A stretch of 64,000 nt of DNA from Eledone cirrhosa. Lineage: Eukaryota. The stretch covers positions 16,640-80,639 of the forward strand of contig CAXHJY010001211.1 in NCBI GenBank assembly GCA_964016885.1, given 5' to 3'. The notes below the pieces were generated by a model. The model searched no databases. It was not told the DNA's origin and was given only the letters and a program-made list of their open reading frames with translations. Shown here piece after piece: positions 1-13,713 of this stretch (position 1 is its first letter; every line of letters begins with the position of its first letter). The position numbers were made by a program, and so were the translations under genes.

Positions 1-2474
1 AAAACAACTTAAATAAAATTGATGTTTGTTGAGATATTTTCAAAATAGTTATGAGTTCATATTTAGAATCTGTTAGAACGGTAAAAATGATTGGAAGTAG
101 TGGTATGATAGATTACATTTCCACTGCTATTTCTATCTTTAATTTTCAGGTAGTTTAGTTATTTTTACCCTTATTTGTTTAATTTATTTGTTTATTCGCT
201 AATTCAATCTATTTCAACTGACGCTGAGAGCTAAACACTTCTGTTAAGATATTGATCTGCTGTTAATTATTGAATTCTTGGATATAGCTTATTAACTTTG
301 TGATATTTAGCTCTAGCCAAGATCTATGAACAAAGGTAAACTAGAGGTGACCATGTCAAGTTTTGTATATCAAAGTTTCCTTCTGTATTTATGAATGCGG
401 TACGATGTGAAGGGGATTTAGCTGTTGTTTCTAGTAGTTGGATCAATGGTGTTGATGCAATGATGAAGAAATCTTTAAGTGTTTGTGGTGAGTTACAAGT
501 GGAAAAGAACTTGTAGAATCATATTTGTATCGAGAAAAATAATGAACATTTAATTTTTAAAATCCTTATATTACTGTTGAAGGATTAAACGATTATCTAG
601 TTTAGAGACTCCGTCACCGGATGATTTCAAATAGGAATGTGTGGGAAATTTAACACCGCGGTCAACTTTGCCTTTTATATTTTCGGGATCGATAAAATAC
701 AAGCTCTAAGTAGGGACCCCTAAAATCTGATGGGAGTCGTAGGTGCAGCTTGGTAACATACAGCGTGTCTTTGGCCTTTTTAACATGGCGGAGCCTCCCC
801 CCCCCCCCCAGCAAGAACACACCTGATTTCTTTGCTAAAGAAAGTGAGGTAGTGACAGAGCGGAAGTGAGAAAGAAATATAGAGGAAGAATCTAACCCAC
901 TACTGGACTCGTACTGTTTTTATCCATCTCGAAAAGCTGGAAGGAAAAGTTGACTTGGGGAGTTTTTGATTCAGAGCTAAGAGCTGGATCATATACCGCA
1001 AAGCATGTTATCCGACGTTCTAACGTCTCTATTATGACCTTGTGTCAATGTCACAACTGAACATTGTTTTAAAATCTGTAATTGAAACCATGTTTAGTTC
1101 AGTGGAGTTTGATATACATAAAGCAGTGAGCTCAGAAGAATGTTTAATCAACTGAAATGTTCCTCCACGGTGAGAAGAAGAATCCATTGACGTGAATAAC
1201 AGGAGAGGTAAGGGTGAACACTGAAATTTAAGTTGATTAAATATTAAACCATCTAGTGGCTTATGAGCCTGGCTTTGGTAAGTACGGTGGCAACGCTTGA
1301 AATGTTTCAGTCTTAAACCTCCTCAGCGACGTTAGGTTGAATTTGAGAAAATATAGTTTCTTTTCGCTAAAATTATACCCGGATTAAACAATTCAAAATG
1401 ATGACTGGGGACATTTTTCCAGTGATACCTTCTGTGTGAAGAGAATGCAGGTATGTTTGTACCAACATATTTAATATGAGTTCCATATAGTCTTGTAGGG
1501 ACATATCAACCAATAAATAGAAACAGAATCTAATTCATTTCTGATAAAGCAGACTAAAGGTATTCCTCCTCTTCAACCCATGCCAATATTTTCCAGACAT
1601 GTATCTAGCAATATTTGATTAGATTTCAAGACAATAGCTTTGAATTCATAGTAATTTGGCTGCTATTTCTAACATGTTTAGTAATCACAACACCTATAGT
1701 TGAACTCAACTTTTCTATTTATTATTATATTGTTGTTTAACCATGAGTCATCGCTGAGTGAACAGGCCTATGATCGGGTTCCCACCAAGACGATTCCGAC
1801 GTTTTTATCTACATGGTATAGATACAACCGCACTATTCAATGTATTAACTTTTTAAAGGCAATACTTGGCTTTGGCATGAGATACATTTGGCTGCTATTT
1901 CTAACAGGTCTACTGAGGGCGTTGTTGTCACCTTCTTCGATGGAGTGACTTTTCACTTGTTACACAATGAAGGAAAATGTGGAAATGTCATGTTTAAATG
2001 AAGTAAATAACAAAAGAAACAGGTTAGGTGGGAACACAACATCCTGGAGGGTTAAATAATGTTTAGCATAAAAGGTGGGGGTAGGATGTGTATAGTTGGA
2101 GGATGCGTATAGTTGGAGGATGGGAGAACTATTATGATGCTAAATATATAAATGAAAAAAGAATGAAGAAAAAAATAAAATGGCGACGATTTGAAGCCTG
2201 CTGCTTGGTGCAAAGAAAGAAACTAAGAATGGGTGGTGAAAATACCATAAATATTGCATCAAGAACTTTATTAAAACATTAACAATTTGATAATGTGTTA
2301 GCCACTGATGTATTTTAAATGAGCTTGCCTTTCTTTTCCTTATTTTAAACAGTTCTTTGTATACATGTTGCTGTCTAATTCTATAACAAAGACTGTATTC
2401 AAATTTATTTTAGTGAAATAACTTTTACTGTTTTTTTTTTAATGAATTTACAATACACACAAACTCAAAGTAAA

Positions 2475-2665
2475 TATGTGTTTATGTATGTATGGATGTA
2501 TGGATGGATGTGTGGATGTATGGATCGATGTGTGTGGATGGATGGATGGATGTGTGTGTCTGTATGGTTGTATGGATGTGTGTATGAATGGACGGATGCG
2601 TTTGTGTATGTGTGAGTGTATGTATGCATGTATGTATGTATGTATATGTGTATGTATGTATGTAT
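2475..2665. repeat. Degenerate (TGTA/TGGA)n microsatellite
   Basis: Direct inspection. Confidence 0.9.
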
Positions 2666-2749
2666 GCCAAAGGGAGGCAAGTCAACGGCCATCCATAAGG
2701 TTTTCTTTTTTTCTTTTCTTTTTTTTGTGGAGCGAGGGACTCCTATCAT

Positions 2750-2897
2750 TAAGACACCTCTCTAGGAGAAGGTCACTCTGATATGACACCTCTCTAGAAG
2801 GTCACTCTGGTATAAGACACCTCTCTAGAAGGTCACTCTGGTATAAGACACCTCTCTAGAAGGTCACTCTGGTATAAGACACCTTTCTAGGAGAAGG
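2750..2897 (+). repeat. 31-bp tandem repeat, ~4.5 copies
   Basis: Unit TAAGACACCTCTCTAGAAGGTCACTCTGGTA, resembling TCTAGGAGAAGGAAAACTCTGATATAACACC at ~3679 and ~13953. Confidence 0.85.
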
Positions 2898-2959
2898 GTG
2901 ATGCTCATGCTTAAGTATCAAGCGATGGCAATACTCGAAATCTAGTTGCAGCCATCATC

Positions 2960-2971
2960 TATATATCTATG

Positions 2972-3007
<36 letters not shown>

Positions 3008-3197
3008 TGTATGTATGTATGTATGTATGTATGTATGTGTATGTATGTATGTATGTATGTATATATATGTATGTATGTATGTATATATATGTATGTATGT
3101 ATGTATATATATGTATGTATGTATGTATATATATGTATGTATGTATATGTATGTATGTATATATATATATACATACATATATATGTATGTATGTATG

Positions 3198-3228
<31 letters not shown>

Positions 3229-3241
3229 ATATATATGTATG

Positions 3242-3272
<31 letters not shown>

Positions 3273-3448
3273 ATATATATATATGTATGTATATATATAT
3301 ATATGTATGTATATATATATATATGTATGTATATATATATATATGTATGTATATATATATATATGTATGTATGTATGTATATATATATATATATATGTAT
3401 GTATATATATATATATATGTATGTATATATATATATATGTATGTATAT

Positions 3449-3489
<41 letters not shown>

Positions 3490-3638
3490 TATATATGTAT
3501 GTATATATATATATGTATGTATATATATATATATATGTATGTATATATATATATATATGTATGTATATATATATATATATGTATGTATATATATATATGT
3601 ATGTATATATATATATATATATGTATGTATATATATAT
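2960..3638. repeat. (TA)n/(TATG)n compound microsatellite
   Basis: Direct inspection. Confidence 0.97.
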
Positions 3639-3639
3639 G

Positions 3640-4050
3640 CCGGGAGAGATGACCCCTTAGCCTTTGTCAAGGCAGAATTCTAGGAGAAGGAAAACTCTGA
3701 TATAACACCTGCAACCCTGATGGTATCCAATGATGTTGACTTGTTCTTCTTTTTGGTAAATATCATCTTGGTTAAGAGAGTGGGACTGGCTTTGTGCAGT
3801 GCCTTTACTCACTATAAAAGCTTCACGGCACAGGCATTGCTTTATATCTGGAGATCTCTCTGCACTTGTCGTCACATGATACCATTTGCCCAGCACTATG
3901 TGTCAATAATTGTCACAAGTGTAGTGTCTGTACCAGAGTTTTCAAGTCGCTGGCTGGACTAAAAAGTCACACACGTTCAGCGCATCTGTAGGGGTTCTCC
4001 TACATGGATATAAAGTAGTGGCCGTACTCGAAAACGAATTGGCAGCCACC
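3640..4050 (+). repeat. ~410-bp interspersed repeat segment, duplicate of 13914-14326
   Basis: High identity by eye to 13914-14326. Contains TCTAGGAGAAGGAAAACTCTG, which I recognise as resembling RTE-type 5' UTR sequence (family assignment is tentative). Confidence 0.8.
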
Positions 4051-5187
<1,137 letters not shown>

Positions 5188-5190
<3 letters not shown>

Positions 5191-6040
5191 ACAGTATTTT
5201 CCGTTGTGTTGTAATATAAATATTACACACAGTAGATTATCAGCTCACGTAGAGTTTGCTCGACGGTTCCAGTTGTAGTTCCAAAAGTAATCCGGAGAAA
5301 AATAGAAAGATTTGAATGGATACAGTTTAGTTGAAAGGAATTTATTGACACGTGTTTCTATAACAGTTACATAACCTAAAACAGCTATCTACAAACTTTT
5401 AGTTATGCAGACATTCAATATTTCAATGTTATTATTTACTGTCATTTCATCAGAATAATATTACTGAGGACCTATTTAGTTTTTATAGAGAATATTAGGA
5501 GGGAGGGGTGAAGTTGTTAGAAGAATAGTTGAAGGAGTGGTTTTTCGATAGCAGTGAGAATTCTTGGTGGCAGTGAGTAATTAGATTCCCATCTGTTGTT
5601 TTGACATTTTTTATGGAATATATTATTGGTTATTTTTCTAAATCTATAGAAGGATTAGAGATAGTAAAGATATGCGTGGTTGGTTTTGTGTTTGCACTTA
5701 ACATTCAGACTTAAATTTTTCTTTCAAGTGTACGTATTCTTTCACCCACGCATTCACACAAATATATTTGCACACCTCTACAAAATACATATACTCACAA
5801 TTCACATATTCATACTTACATATATATACACATGCATACACATATATATACACACATGTATTCATGTACATACATACGCGCTCATGTGTATACATTTTCA
5901 TACTCAACTTATCTTTATATATACACACGTATAGACACACACATATATACATACATACTCTAGTCCATGTGTACACACATACGCATACATACACATCCAC
6001 ATACACATACATACATACACATATATATATATATATACAT

Positions 6041-6111
<71 letters not shown>

Positions 6112-6318
6112 CCCACACACACACATATACACATACACACATATATATATATATATATATAAGCACTTTAATACATGAATACACTTACATCTAACTATAC
6201 ACATCAAACATATATATATATTTACTTATTTATATACATTTTCACATATATATACATACTTATGGACGTTTTTAGACACATTCATTATCGCATATTTGTA
6301 CCTATTCTCATCAGCATA
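5188..6318 (-). repeat. 3' pseudo-LTR of PLE copy 1
   Basis: Near-identical direct repeat of 8803-9919 and inverted repeat of 12594-13588. Contains an internal CA/TA microsatellite. Confidence 0.88.
5342..5458 (-). ncRNA. Hammerhead ribozyme copy (3' pLTR of copy 1)
   Basis: Reverse complement of 13432-13548, on the element's sense strand. Confidence 0.75.
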
Positions 6319-6430
6319 TCTTTTCATTATTAGTATGGTAATTTAAGGTTATTAATATATGTTGAGAAGAGATTGTTTTTATATTTTTCTAACTAGATTA
6401 AGGTTTATATAGTTGGGGGATGTCCCTCTT

Positions 6431-8752
6431 TTATGTAATATTCGGCTTGTAGTGGGAAAAAAGGGTTTTAGTTCTGTGACGGCAGAATAATGTTCGTTCA
6501 ATTCTGTTATTCAGCAGTTTCTTCTTGTGTGTGATTATGTAATAAATCTCAAGATTACACAATTTGCAGAAATTTTGGCTCCTGGAAAAGCTTTGGGTTT
6601 TAGCTAATTTTTCCCATTTTAGGGTAAACTTTTGATTGCTATCCCTGAGCGTCCAAGCTTTTTCTGCTAAAGTTGTTACATTTCTTTGGCTCTGGTGTTT
6701 TATTGAGTAAGAATGCCTATACAATCGAGATTTAAACGATGTTGCCGTTGATCCCACGTAATACTACTCGTTGCCTCCGGATTTAATGGTACACTTATAA
6801 ATAATATTTTTTTCCAGGCAGTTATTGCCGAGGGGGCAGTTGTCAGGATAGGTGCAGTTACAGTTGTGTACGTTGGGTTTTCTCTGGAGTAGTATTGCGG
6901 ACGAACTTAGGTGTGGTTTATTTATGTTCTGTAGTGTATTGTCTACTGTTTTTTGGGGGTTCTTTGTACTTAAGTTCTTAGTGTTTTCGTTTAACCTTCT
7001 AGTATTGATCTTTTTTATGTGTTGTTCAAGGTTTAACGCTGTAGAGTATGACAGTCTTATAGTGGTAGGGTTTAGGATTTTGTGGTATTTGTGTGATGTG
7101 GGAAAATGTCTTTTAATTATTTTAAAGAAGAGTACTGGTAAATTTGTACTAATGGAGCTATTGTATTCGGGGTTATACCATAAGTACTCTTTGCATCGCT
7201 TTCTATTAGTTTTGTTTGTTGGTTTACTGGTGTGCATACTATGGTAGTAAGTGTGGTTTGGTGTTGTGTTATTATATCTACCTATGTGGGATTTATTTTG
7301 GGTGTTTTGATTGTTCCCATCTATGTACTCTATTTTGTTGAGGTAGCCTGCTTTACTAAGGGCGTTATCGTAGTACTCGGCGTGTTCCTTAAATACTTGT
7401 ATGTTAGAAGATAGACCCGAGATTCTAAGGGAAATATTTTTAGGGATAGATTTAATTATAGAGATGGGGTGGTTAGACCCAACATTTACGTATTTGAGAT
7501 TTTCATTCAATTTATGAAACGGTTTAATCAAACCAGAGTTTAAATTGAGTGTGACATCCAGGAAGTTAACTACTTTAAGGTTGTATTCATATGTTATAGT
7601 TAGTCCTATTTCGAGTAGTAGTTTTCTTATATCTTTGCGTAGTTTTTCTAGTTTTTGGTTATTAAGGTTTTTAGCTAGGAGGAGAACATCGTCGCGGTAT
7701 ATTCCGCCGTGGAGATTGCTGAATTTTTCCTGGAGTCTAAAGGCGATAAATAACCCCACAATATCAGTTATTTCCGCCGAATCGTTAGAGCCCATTGTTA
7801 TGTCAAAGTTAGAGGGTCTATCTTTACGTACCCAATAACTGTTCTCAAATTTGACTATAGTTTTCCTAGCTTCTAATATAATCTTAATTTCATCGTTTGT
7901 AAGGTCAGAGTTATCCTTAGCAAACTTAATGGCTCTATTCAAAGTTTCAGGTGATATCGATGAGTAATATTCATCGATATCAAACTGGATAAACTTAGAT
8001 TTATTCTTATTGCTAATGCTATTAAACCATCTTATTGCTTCTTGGGTCTTCCCCCAGAGTTTAATGTTAACCTTAGCCTTAATTTGGGGGATGATTCTAT
8101 CTAAGATATATTTGCTTATTTTACCTATATCTGATTTAGAGGGGCAGATTAATCTTATTTTAGGGTCATTATCAAAGTTTACCTTGTGGTCCTTAAGATT
8201 GAAGGTGGGTACCGCCGGTAAGAGTGGTCCTGTCCTATCTTCGATTCCGAGATTTTTCACTATTTCGCATGCCTCATCATTGATGTGCTTAAGGGTTACT
8301 TCACTCGTTTTTCTATATTTTTTATGTAATTCTTTTCGAATGAAGTTGTTGTATGTAGTGCAATCCATAGTGTACAGGTTTGATGTTTTGTCCGCTTTTA
8401 CTACAATTCCTTTGGTGTTTTTAAGGTCGTCCAGTAGTTTTTTTATATCTTTCTGTAATTTGCTGTTGGTGTTGCGTCCTTTGAATTTAATTTTAAGGAT
8501 TAAGTTCATAAGGTCCTGCTCAAATGCATCTAATAGTGGGTTGGTGGGTGGGTTTTTACAAGTCCTAAAACCGAATTTGTTGTTTACACCACTTTCTAAT
8601 GTTGAGTTCATACGGCTTCTATCATAGTGGAGCGTTTTCCACCTGACACGTCGAATGAATTCATTAGTTTTTTGAATCATGCTCAATAAATATTCCTTTC
8701 TACCTTGGGTTGGTATGTTTTTGAGTGACATATCCAGGTAGTGTTTTTCCAT
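6431..8752 (-). pseudogene. PLE reverse transcriptase-GIY-YIG endonuclease, with one premature stop
   Basis: RT motifs KADKTSN, IQFDIDEYYSSI, ITMGSNDSAEI, YRDD and NFLDVTL; linker CNCTYPDNCPLGNNC; GIY-YIG IIYKC...YYVGST...SFKSRLYRH; distal CKLC and CRH. In-frame TAG at 6764-6766 where copy 2 has TGG. Reading through gives 773 aa. Confidence 0.93.
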
Positions 8753-8802
8753 TGTTGTGGTTGCGTTTGCTGTGTGGGTTGCTCGACTTTACAGGAGGTA
8801 AA

Positions 8803-9653
8803 TATACAGTATTTTCCGTTGTGTTGTAATATAAATATTACACACAGTAGATTATCAGCTCACGTAGAGTTTGCTCGACGGTTCCAGTTGTAGTTCCAAA
8901 AGTAATCCGGAGAAAAATAGAAAGATTTGAATGGATACAGTTTAGTTGAAAGGAATTTATTGACACGTGTTTCTATAACAGTTACATAACCTAAAACAGC
9001 TATCTACAAACTTTTAGTTATGCAGACATTCAATATTTCAATGTTATTATTTACTGTCATTTCATCAGAATAATATTACTGAGGACCTATTTAGTTTTTA
9101 TAGAGAATATTAGGAGGGAGGGGTGAAGTTGTTAGAAGAATAGTTGAAGGAGTGGTTTTTCGATAGCAGTGAGAATTCTTGGTGGCAGTGAGTAATTAGA
9201 TTCCCATCTGTTGTTTTGACATTTTTTATGGAATATATTATTGGTTATTTTTCTAAATCTATAGAAGGATTAGAGATAGTAAAGATATGCGTGGTTGGTT
9301 TTGTGTTTGCACTTAACATTCAGACTTAACTTTTTCTTTCAAGTGTACGTATTCTTTCACCCACGCATTCACACAAATATATTTGCACACCTCTACAAAA
9401 TACATATACTCACAATTCACATATTCATACTTACATATATATACACATGCATACACATATATATACACACATGTATTCATGTACATACATACGCGCTCAT
9501 GTGTATACATTTTCATACTCAACTTATCTTTATATATACACACGTATAGACACACACATATATACATACATACTCTAGTCCATGTGTACACACATACGCA
9601 TACATACACATACACATACATACATACACATATATATATATATATATATACAT

Positions 9654-9714
<61 letters not shown>

Positions 9715-9919
9715 CCCACACACACACATATACACATACACACATATATATATATATATATAAGCACTTTAATACATGAATACACTTACATCTAACTATA
9801 CACATCAAACATATATATATATTTACTTATTTATATACATTTTCACATATATATACATACTTATGGACGTTTTTAGACACATTCATTATCGCATATTTGT
9901 ACCTATTCTCATCAGCATA
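8803..9919 (-). repeat. 5' pseudo-LTR of PLE copy 1
   Basis: Direct repeat of 5188-6318, differing by a few substitutions and microsatellite length. Confidence 0.88.
8957..9073 (-). ncRNA. Hammerhead ribozyme copy (5' pLTR of copy 1)
   Basis: Reverse complement of 13432-13548, on the element's sense strand. Confidence 0.75.
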
Positions 9920-10158
9920 GGTTATGTAACTGTTATAGAAACACGTGTCAATAAATTCCTTTCAACTAAACTGTATCCATTCAAATCTTTCTATTTTTCT
10001 CCGGATTACTTTTGGAACTACAACTGGAACCGTCGAGCAAACTCTACGTGAGCTGATAATCTACTGTGTGTAATATTTATATTACAACACAACGGAAAAT
10101 ACTGTATATTTACCTCCTGTAAAGTCGAGCAACCCACACAGCAAACGCAACCACAACA

Positions 10159-12481
10159 ATGGAAAAACACTACCTGGATATGTCACTCAAAAACATACCA
10201 ACCCAAGGTAGAAAGGAATATTTATTGAGCATGATTCAAAAAACTAATGAATTCATTCGACGTGTCAGGTGGAAAACGCTCCACTATGATAGAAGCCGTA
10301 TGAACTCAACATTAGAAAGTGGTGTAAACAACAAATTCGGTTTTAGGACTTGTAAAAACCCACCCACCAACCCACTATTAGATGCATTTGAGCAGGACCT
10401 TATGAACTTAATCCTTAAAATTAAATTCAAAGGACGCAACACCAACAGCAAATTACAGAAAGATATAAAAAAACTACTGGACGACCTTAAAAACACCAAA
10501 GGAATTGTAGTAAAAGCGGACAAAACATCAAACCTGTACACTATGGATTGCACTACATACAACAACTTCATTCGAAAAGAATTACATAAAAAATATAGAA
10601 AAACGAGTGAAGTAACCCTTAAGCACATCAATGATGAGGCATGCGAAATAGTGAAAAATCTCGGAATCGAAGATAGGACAGGACCACTCTTACCGGCGGT
10701 ACCCACCTTCAATCTTAAGGACCACAAGGTAAACTTTGATAATGACCCTAAAATAAGATTAATCTGCCCCTCTAAATCAGATATAGGTAAAATAAGCAAA
10801 TATATCTTAGATAGAATCATCCCCCAAATTAAGGCTAAGGTTAACATTAAACTCTGGGGGAAGACCCAAGAAGCAATAAGATGGTTTAATAGCATTAGCA
10901 ATAAGAATAAATCTAAGTTTATCCAGTTTGATATCGATGAATATTACTCATCGATATCACCTGAAACTTTGAATAGAGCCATTAAGTTTGCTAAGGATAA
11001 CTCTGACCTTACAAACGATGAAATTAAGATTATATTAGAAGCTAGGAAAACTATAGTCAAATTTGAGAACAGTTATTGGGTACGTAAAGATAGACCCTCT
11101 AACTTTGACATAACAATGGGCTCTAACGATTCGGCGGAAATAACTGATATTGTGGGGTTATTTATCGCCTTTAGACTCCAGGAAAAATTCAGCAATCTCC
11201 ACGGCGGAATATACCGCGACGATGTTCTCCTCCTAGCTAAAAACCTTAATAACCAAAAACTAGAAAAACTACGCAAAGATATAAGAAAACTACTACTCGA
11301 AATAGGACTAACTATAACATATGAATACAACCTTAAAGTAGTTAACTTCCTGGATGTCACACTCAATTTAAACTCTGGTTTGATTAAACCGTTTCATAAA
11401 TTGAATGAAAATCTCAAATACGTAAATGTTGGGTCTAACCACCCCATCTCTATAATTAAATCTATCCCTAAAAATATTTCCCTTAGAATCTCGGGTCTAT
11501 CTTCTAACATACAAGTATTTAAGGAACACGCCGAGTACTACGATAACGCCCTTAGTAAAGCAGGCTACCTCAACAAAATAGAGTACATAGATGGGAACAA
11601 TCAAAACACCCAAAATAAATCCCACATAGGTAGATATAATAACACAACACCAAACCACACTTACTACCATAGTATGCACACCAGTAAACCAACAAACAAA
11701 ACTAATAGAAAGCGATGCAAAGAGTACTTATGGTATAACCCCGAATACAATAGCTCCATTAGTACAAATTTACCAGTACTCTTCTTTAAAATAATTAAAA
11801 GACATTTTCCCACATCACACAAATACCACAAAATCCTAAACCCTACCACTATAAGACTGTCATACTCTACAGCGTTAAACCTTGAACAACACATAAAAAA
11901 GATCAATACTAGAAGGTTAAACGAAAACACTAAGAACTTAAGTACAAAGAACCCCCAAAAAACAGTAGACAATACACTACAGAACATAAATAAACCACAC
12001 CTAAGTTCGTCCGCAATACTACTCCAGAGAAAACCCAACGTACACAACTGTAACTGCACCTATCCTGACAACTGCCCCCTCGGCAATAACTGCCTGGAAA
12101 AAAAATATTATTTATAAGTGTACCATTAAATCCGGAGGCAACGAGTGGTATTACGTGGGATCAACGGCAACATCGTTTAAATCTCGATTGTATAGGCATT
12201 CTTACTCAATAAAACACCAGAGCCAAAGAAATGTAACAACTTTAGCAGAAAAAGCTTGGACGCTCAGGGATAGCAATCAAAAGTTTACCCTAAAATGGGA
12301 AAAATTAGCTAAAACCCAAAGCTTTTCCAGGAGCCAAAATTTCTGCAAATTGTGTAATCTTGAGATTTATTACATAATCACACACAAGAAGAAACTGCTG
12401 AATAACAGAATTGAACGAACATTATTCTGCCGTCACAGAACTAAAACCCTTTTTTCCCACTACAAGCCGAATATTACATAA
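10159..12481 (+). pseudogene. PLE reverse transcriptase-GIY-YIG endonuclease, with one +1 frameshift
   Basis: Translation matches copy 1 up to NNCLEK. The A-run at 12098-12105 has 8 A versus 7 in copy 1, shifting the frame just before the GIY-YIG motif. The downstream frame (EWYYVGSTAT...) is intact. Confidence 0.93.
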
Positions 12482-12798
12482 AAGAGGGACATCCCCCAAC
12501 TATATAAACCTTAATCTAGTTAGAAAAATATAAAAACAATCTCTTCTCAACATATATTAATAACCTTAAATTACCATACTAATAATGAAAAGATATGCTG
12601 ATGAGAATAGGTACAAATATGCGATAATGAATGTGTCTAAAAACGTCCATAAGTATGTATATATATGTGAAAATGTATATAAATAAGTAAATATATATAT
12701 ATGTTTGATGTGTATAGTTAGATGTAAGTGTATTCATGTATTAAAGTGCTTATATATATATATATATATGTGTGTATGTATATATGTGTGTGTGTGGG

Positions 12799-12847
<49 letters not shown>

Positions 12848-13431
12848 ATGTATATATATATATATATATGTGTATGTATGTATGTGTATGTGGATGTGTA
12901 TGTATGCGTATGTGTGTACACATGGACTAGAGTATGTATGTATATATGTGTGTGTCTATACGTGTGTATATATAAAGATAAGTTGAGTATGAAAATGTAT
13001 ACACATGAGCGCGTATGTATGTACATGAATACATGTGTGCATATATATGTGTATGCATGTGTATATATATGTAAGTATGAATATGTGAATTGTGAGTATA
13101 TGTATTTTGTAGAGGTGTGCAAATATATTTGTGTGAATGCGTGGGTGAAAGAATACGTACACTTGAAAGAAAAATTTAAGTCTGAATGTTAAGTGCAAAC
13201 ACAAAACCAACCACGCATATCTTTACTATCTCTAATCCTTCTATAGATTTAGAAAAATAACCAATAATATATTCCATAAAAAATGTCAAAACAACAGATG
13301 GGAATCTAATTACTCACTGCCACCAAGAATTCTCACTGCTATCGAAAAACCACTCCTTCAACTATTCTTCTAACAACTTCACCCCTCCCTCCTAATATTC
13401 TCTATAAAAACTAAATAGGTCCTCAGTAATA

Positions 13432-13548
13432 TTATTCTGATGAAATGACAGTAAATAATAACATTGAAATATTGAATGTCTGCATAACTAAAAGTTTGTA
13501 GATAGCTGTTTTAGGTTATGTAACTGTTATAGAAACACGTGTCAATAA
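13432..13548 (+). ncRNA. Minimal type I hammerhead ribozyme with expanded stem II (PLE pLTR)
   Basis: TTATT-CTGATGA-A-ATGACAGT...ACTGTTAT-A-GAAA-C-ACGT-G-TC-AATAA: 5-bp stem I, both core boxes, 1-bp stem III with palindromic ACGT loop, GUC cleavage triplet (cut after 13543). Confidence 0.75.
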
Positions 13549-13613
13549 ATTCCTTTCAACTAAACTGTATCCATTCAAATCTTTCTATATATATATGTAT
13601 GTATGTATATATG

Positions 13614-13652
<39 letters not shown>

Positions 13653-13713
13653 GTATGTATATATATATATATATATACATATATTTATATATATATATAT
13701 ATATACATATATT

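Larger units (their letters stand above)
9918..13588 (+). mobile_element. Penelope-like retroelement copy 2, inverted relative to copy 1
   Basis: Reverse complement of 5302-8993. It starts within the pLTR at TAGGTTATGTAAC and ends at CTTTCTAT, which runs into a (TA)n tract. Confidence 0.93.

Noticed and set aside
1340-1456. Possible host exon ending at CAG|GTATGT (~1450)
   Set aside because: A donor-like motif alone, with no recognisable peptide or partner exons.
5455-5500. Antisense CTGAGGA...GAAT hammerhead-like motif in the pLTR
   Set aside because: Lacks GAAA and a valid cleavage triplet with stem I, and lies on the antisense strand of the element.
6764-6766. Selenocysteine or other programmed recoding of the in-frame stop
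   Set aside because: The codon is TAG, not TGA, and the sister copy has TGG. A point mutation is the simplest explanation.
6852-12059. Antisense ORFs of 60-205 aa overlapping the PLE ORFs
   Set aside because: Shadow frames of the RT ORF with no recognisable motifs. Their duplication just reflects the inverted repeat.
10159-12117. Bacterial retron, group II intron or DGR RT system
   Set aside because: RT motifs, C-terminal GIY-YIG, pLTRs and the eukaryotic repeat context all fit a Penelope-like element.
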